A stretch of DNA of 64,000 nt, from NCBI GenBank assembly GCA_047967505.1, contig CM106538.1, one strand, 5' to 3'. Of the stretch, positions 61,788 through 64,000 are shown piece by piece. The position numbers and the translations under genes are program-made. How positions within the stretch are numbered: the stretch's first letter is position 1; the number at the start of each line of letters is the position of its first letter. Below the pieces are notes generated by a model. It had not been told where the DNA came from. It did not search any database and saw only the letters and a program-made list of their open reading frames with translations. Source of the DNA: Dipteris shenzhenensis (lineage: Eukaryota).

Positions 61788-64000
61788 TGATTTGGAAAAA
61801 CCAAGTCTATTGAGGGACTAGACCAATGAAATAAGTTTTTAAGGTCCTCTTTCTTGATGGGTTTGATATTGTAGAAAGGCAACATGATCATTATATTCCC
61901 CTCTACATCATTGATTTAATTTTTTCACCATAAATTACATTTTTCCACACTTTCTATAGCACATGACCCATTTCATGGAACATTACCCCATGCTATCAAA
62001 AGAAAGTATGTGTGATTACATATGACTAAATGTACTATCTTGCTGCTCTGATGTATCTCAAGACTCTTTTGGCTGCATTCCAATGAGACTATTTTGGATA
62101 ACATAAGGTATTAGAGCACAAAGGATATTGTGCCTATGTTTGTATTCTATCTCTTCTATTGAGTTGCAGACGATGCTAGGAGATAGGTGGCCAAGATGGC
62201 ATGAGAAGAAGCAAACTTTTTTTCTTGTCCCATATTGTGGGAAGGGGTTGGCATCAATGGGGTTAGAGGATTTGTAACTTGGGTCTTCTAGGAGAAGTTT
62301 ATTCTCTTCCTACTTTCCCCTCGCTCTGCTATTTGCCCATTTGATTTATGGATAGCCTGTCCAAGGGACACTGAGTAAGAAGACCCTTCGATCCTTTGAT
62401 TCTGCCTTTGACCTGGATTGACGTAGATGATTTTTCTCAACTTCAACCATTGTGTATTGCATATGGCCATAGAGCCTTGCTTTGATCAAATTGTCATGTC
62501 TAGTGAAGACCCCCACATCTTTTGTGGCTTTGTACATTGCATCAAGCCACAAGCCTCAAGTCGCCTCAAGTAGCATAACTACTTCTTGCTCCATAACGTT
62601 CCTGCCTATAGTTCTAGGCTGTACCGCCCTTTTCAAGTCATAAGCCTTGATGATTAGAAGGTTATCTATACTTTCTATAGCTTTGTCTTTCCCTTTTCGT
62701 GAGTAACATGCATCATAGCTTCTTCATTCCACAAAGCCATGTGCAAATACATTTGCTAAAGACACAATTCTAAGATCTACTCCTTAGTGAGTGAATCTAT
62801 TTTATTTTTTCCCATTCGAGATGGATTACTCCATGTCCTTAAATGCTAGATGAGAATGGTTTTAAATGCATAAGTTCCATCAAGGCTGCACTTTTTATAA
62901 GCTCATGTAGTTTTGGCAAAAGTAACAACATCCATCCTTAAAGCATGAGTGCAATGTCTTCATAGAAAGGACAAATGGAGCATAGAAACAACAAAGTCTT
63001 CATTAGAAGACCAAAATTCATAAGCCTTAGATAACATGGAGCATATATGATCACACAATTCCATTTGATTTGATTTTGGATAGGTCATTTGAACCTACTC
63101 AAGAATAGCATCAATTTTGATTCAAATTACTACTTAAATTGGGACATGAGCTCATCTACAATAGTGAGTTGAACTTTAAACATGTTGTGGAGGTAGCTCT
63201 ATCGGGTCATTGTTTCCTTGGGTGTAGCCTTTTTTGGTGATGTTCATGGACTTTTCTGTATATAGGTATCTTGCATGACCCATAACTTATGCTTTGCTCA
63301 ACGAAATTCAGCAAACTTTGTCTTCAAGTTGTAATACACAAACATGAAAGCAAAAAATTATGTAATAAGGATTTGGAACAAGTGCTATGTTTCATGTGAA
63401 GCATGCATCCTGAAGACCATAGGATATAACAATTTATTCAAAAACATCAAAATTTTATTCTATAGATACATGCAACCCAATAATCATTCAAAAGTACACT
63501 ATGTGAGCTTCTCCTCAACCCAAGGATGCACCTAAATGAGATCATTATGGATGGGTTAATGGGGCCTCCAATGTTGTGCTAAAGTGATGCATACCCATTT
63601 GAGGGCGTGCTCCATAACTTTTTTTTGATTTGTTGAAAACCAAAACGGATTGAAAACTTGGAATCCAAACTATTGGGACAAGTGCATGGTGGTCTTAAAA
63701 CGTTGATAGTTGATGGTATTGGTATCTAGATTCACCCTAAAATGGAAGAAGTTGGAAAGTGCAATTTGTGCATGTGCAAATATATTTTAATAAATCCAAC
63801 ACTATTTACAATTTTGAATTGTTTCTTTTTCCATGCACTTACTTGCTATATGGCTCATAAGCATGCCAAAGGTCATTGCAATTAATAATACACAACATCA
63901 AACCCGATCGTGTGCCCTTTGGCCTATTTGTGTTTTGAAGCATTTTAGGGCACATTGCACTTGTTTGGGATATCCAAGTCTGCTGACGTGTATCACCGGA
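61784..64000 (+). repeat. Segmental repeat copy 3 (partial; runs off the right edge)
   Basis: TCATTGATTTGGAAAAACCAAGTC... colinear with 47423 onward and 55652 onward. Confidence 0.95.
62046..62098 (-). other. ~53-bp filler derived from copia RT of the 31277-38496 family
   Basis: CTCTGATGTATCTCAAGACTCTTTTGGCTGCATTCCAATGAGACTATTTTGGA is the reverse complement of about 37560-37612 with two mismatches; absent from copies 1 and 2. Confidence 0.9.

Overview
Eukaryotic, transposon-dense, largely CpG-depleted land-plant DNA; a fern or other non-seed plant is a guess from the TE mix. No intact recognisable host gene and no rRNA, tRNA or CRISPR. Main content: five Ty1/copia elements or fragments (LTR-less 5540-9239; full-length 12224-17335, TSD GGAAC; full-length 28391-41224, TSD TGGAT; a very young element nested inside it at 31277-38496, TSD GGCAT; a truncated sister of that young element at 59580-61787). 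Also a complete CACTA-superfamily transposon with non-canonical CACAA termini and head-to-head genes (20572-27752, TSD TAT), a related CACTA ORF2 remnant, a P-element-like transposase relic split by a copia insertion, a Ty3/gypsy RT fragment, two MITEs, a ~590-bp G-U-rich fold-back, a hairpin minisatellite, a degenerate ~180-bp satellite and a ~5.2-kb segment in two full copies plus a partial third. Best candidates for novelty: (i) the young copia family has a long modular leader whose middle part differs completely between copies and, in one copy, carries two scrambled antisense fragments of a host tetraspanin gene; (ii) the CACAA element, with divergent genes and its subterminal motif repeated between them; (iii) a P-like transposase in a land plant. 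All alignments and translations were done by eye; no database search was possible.
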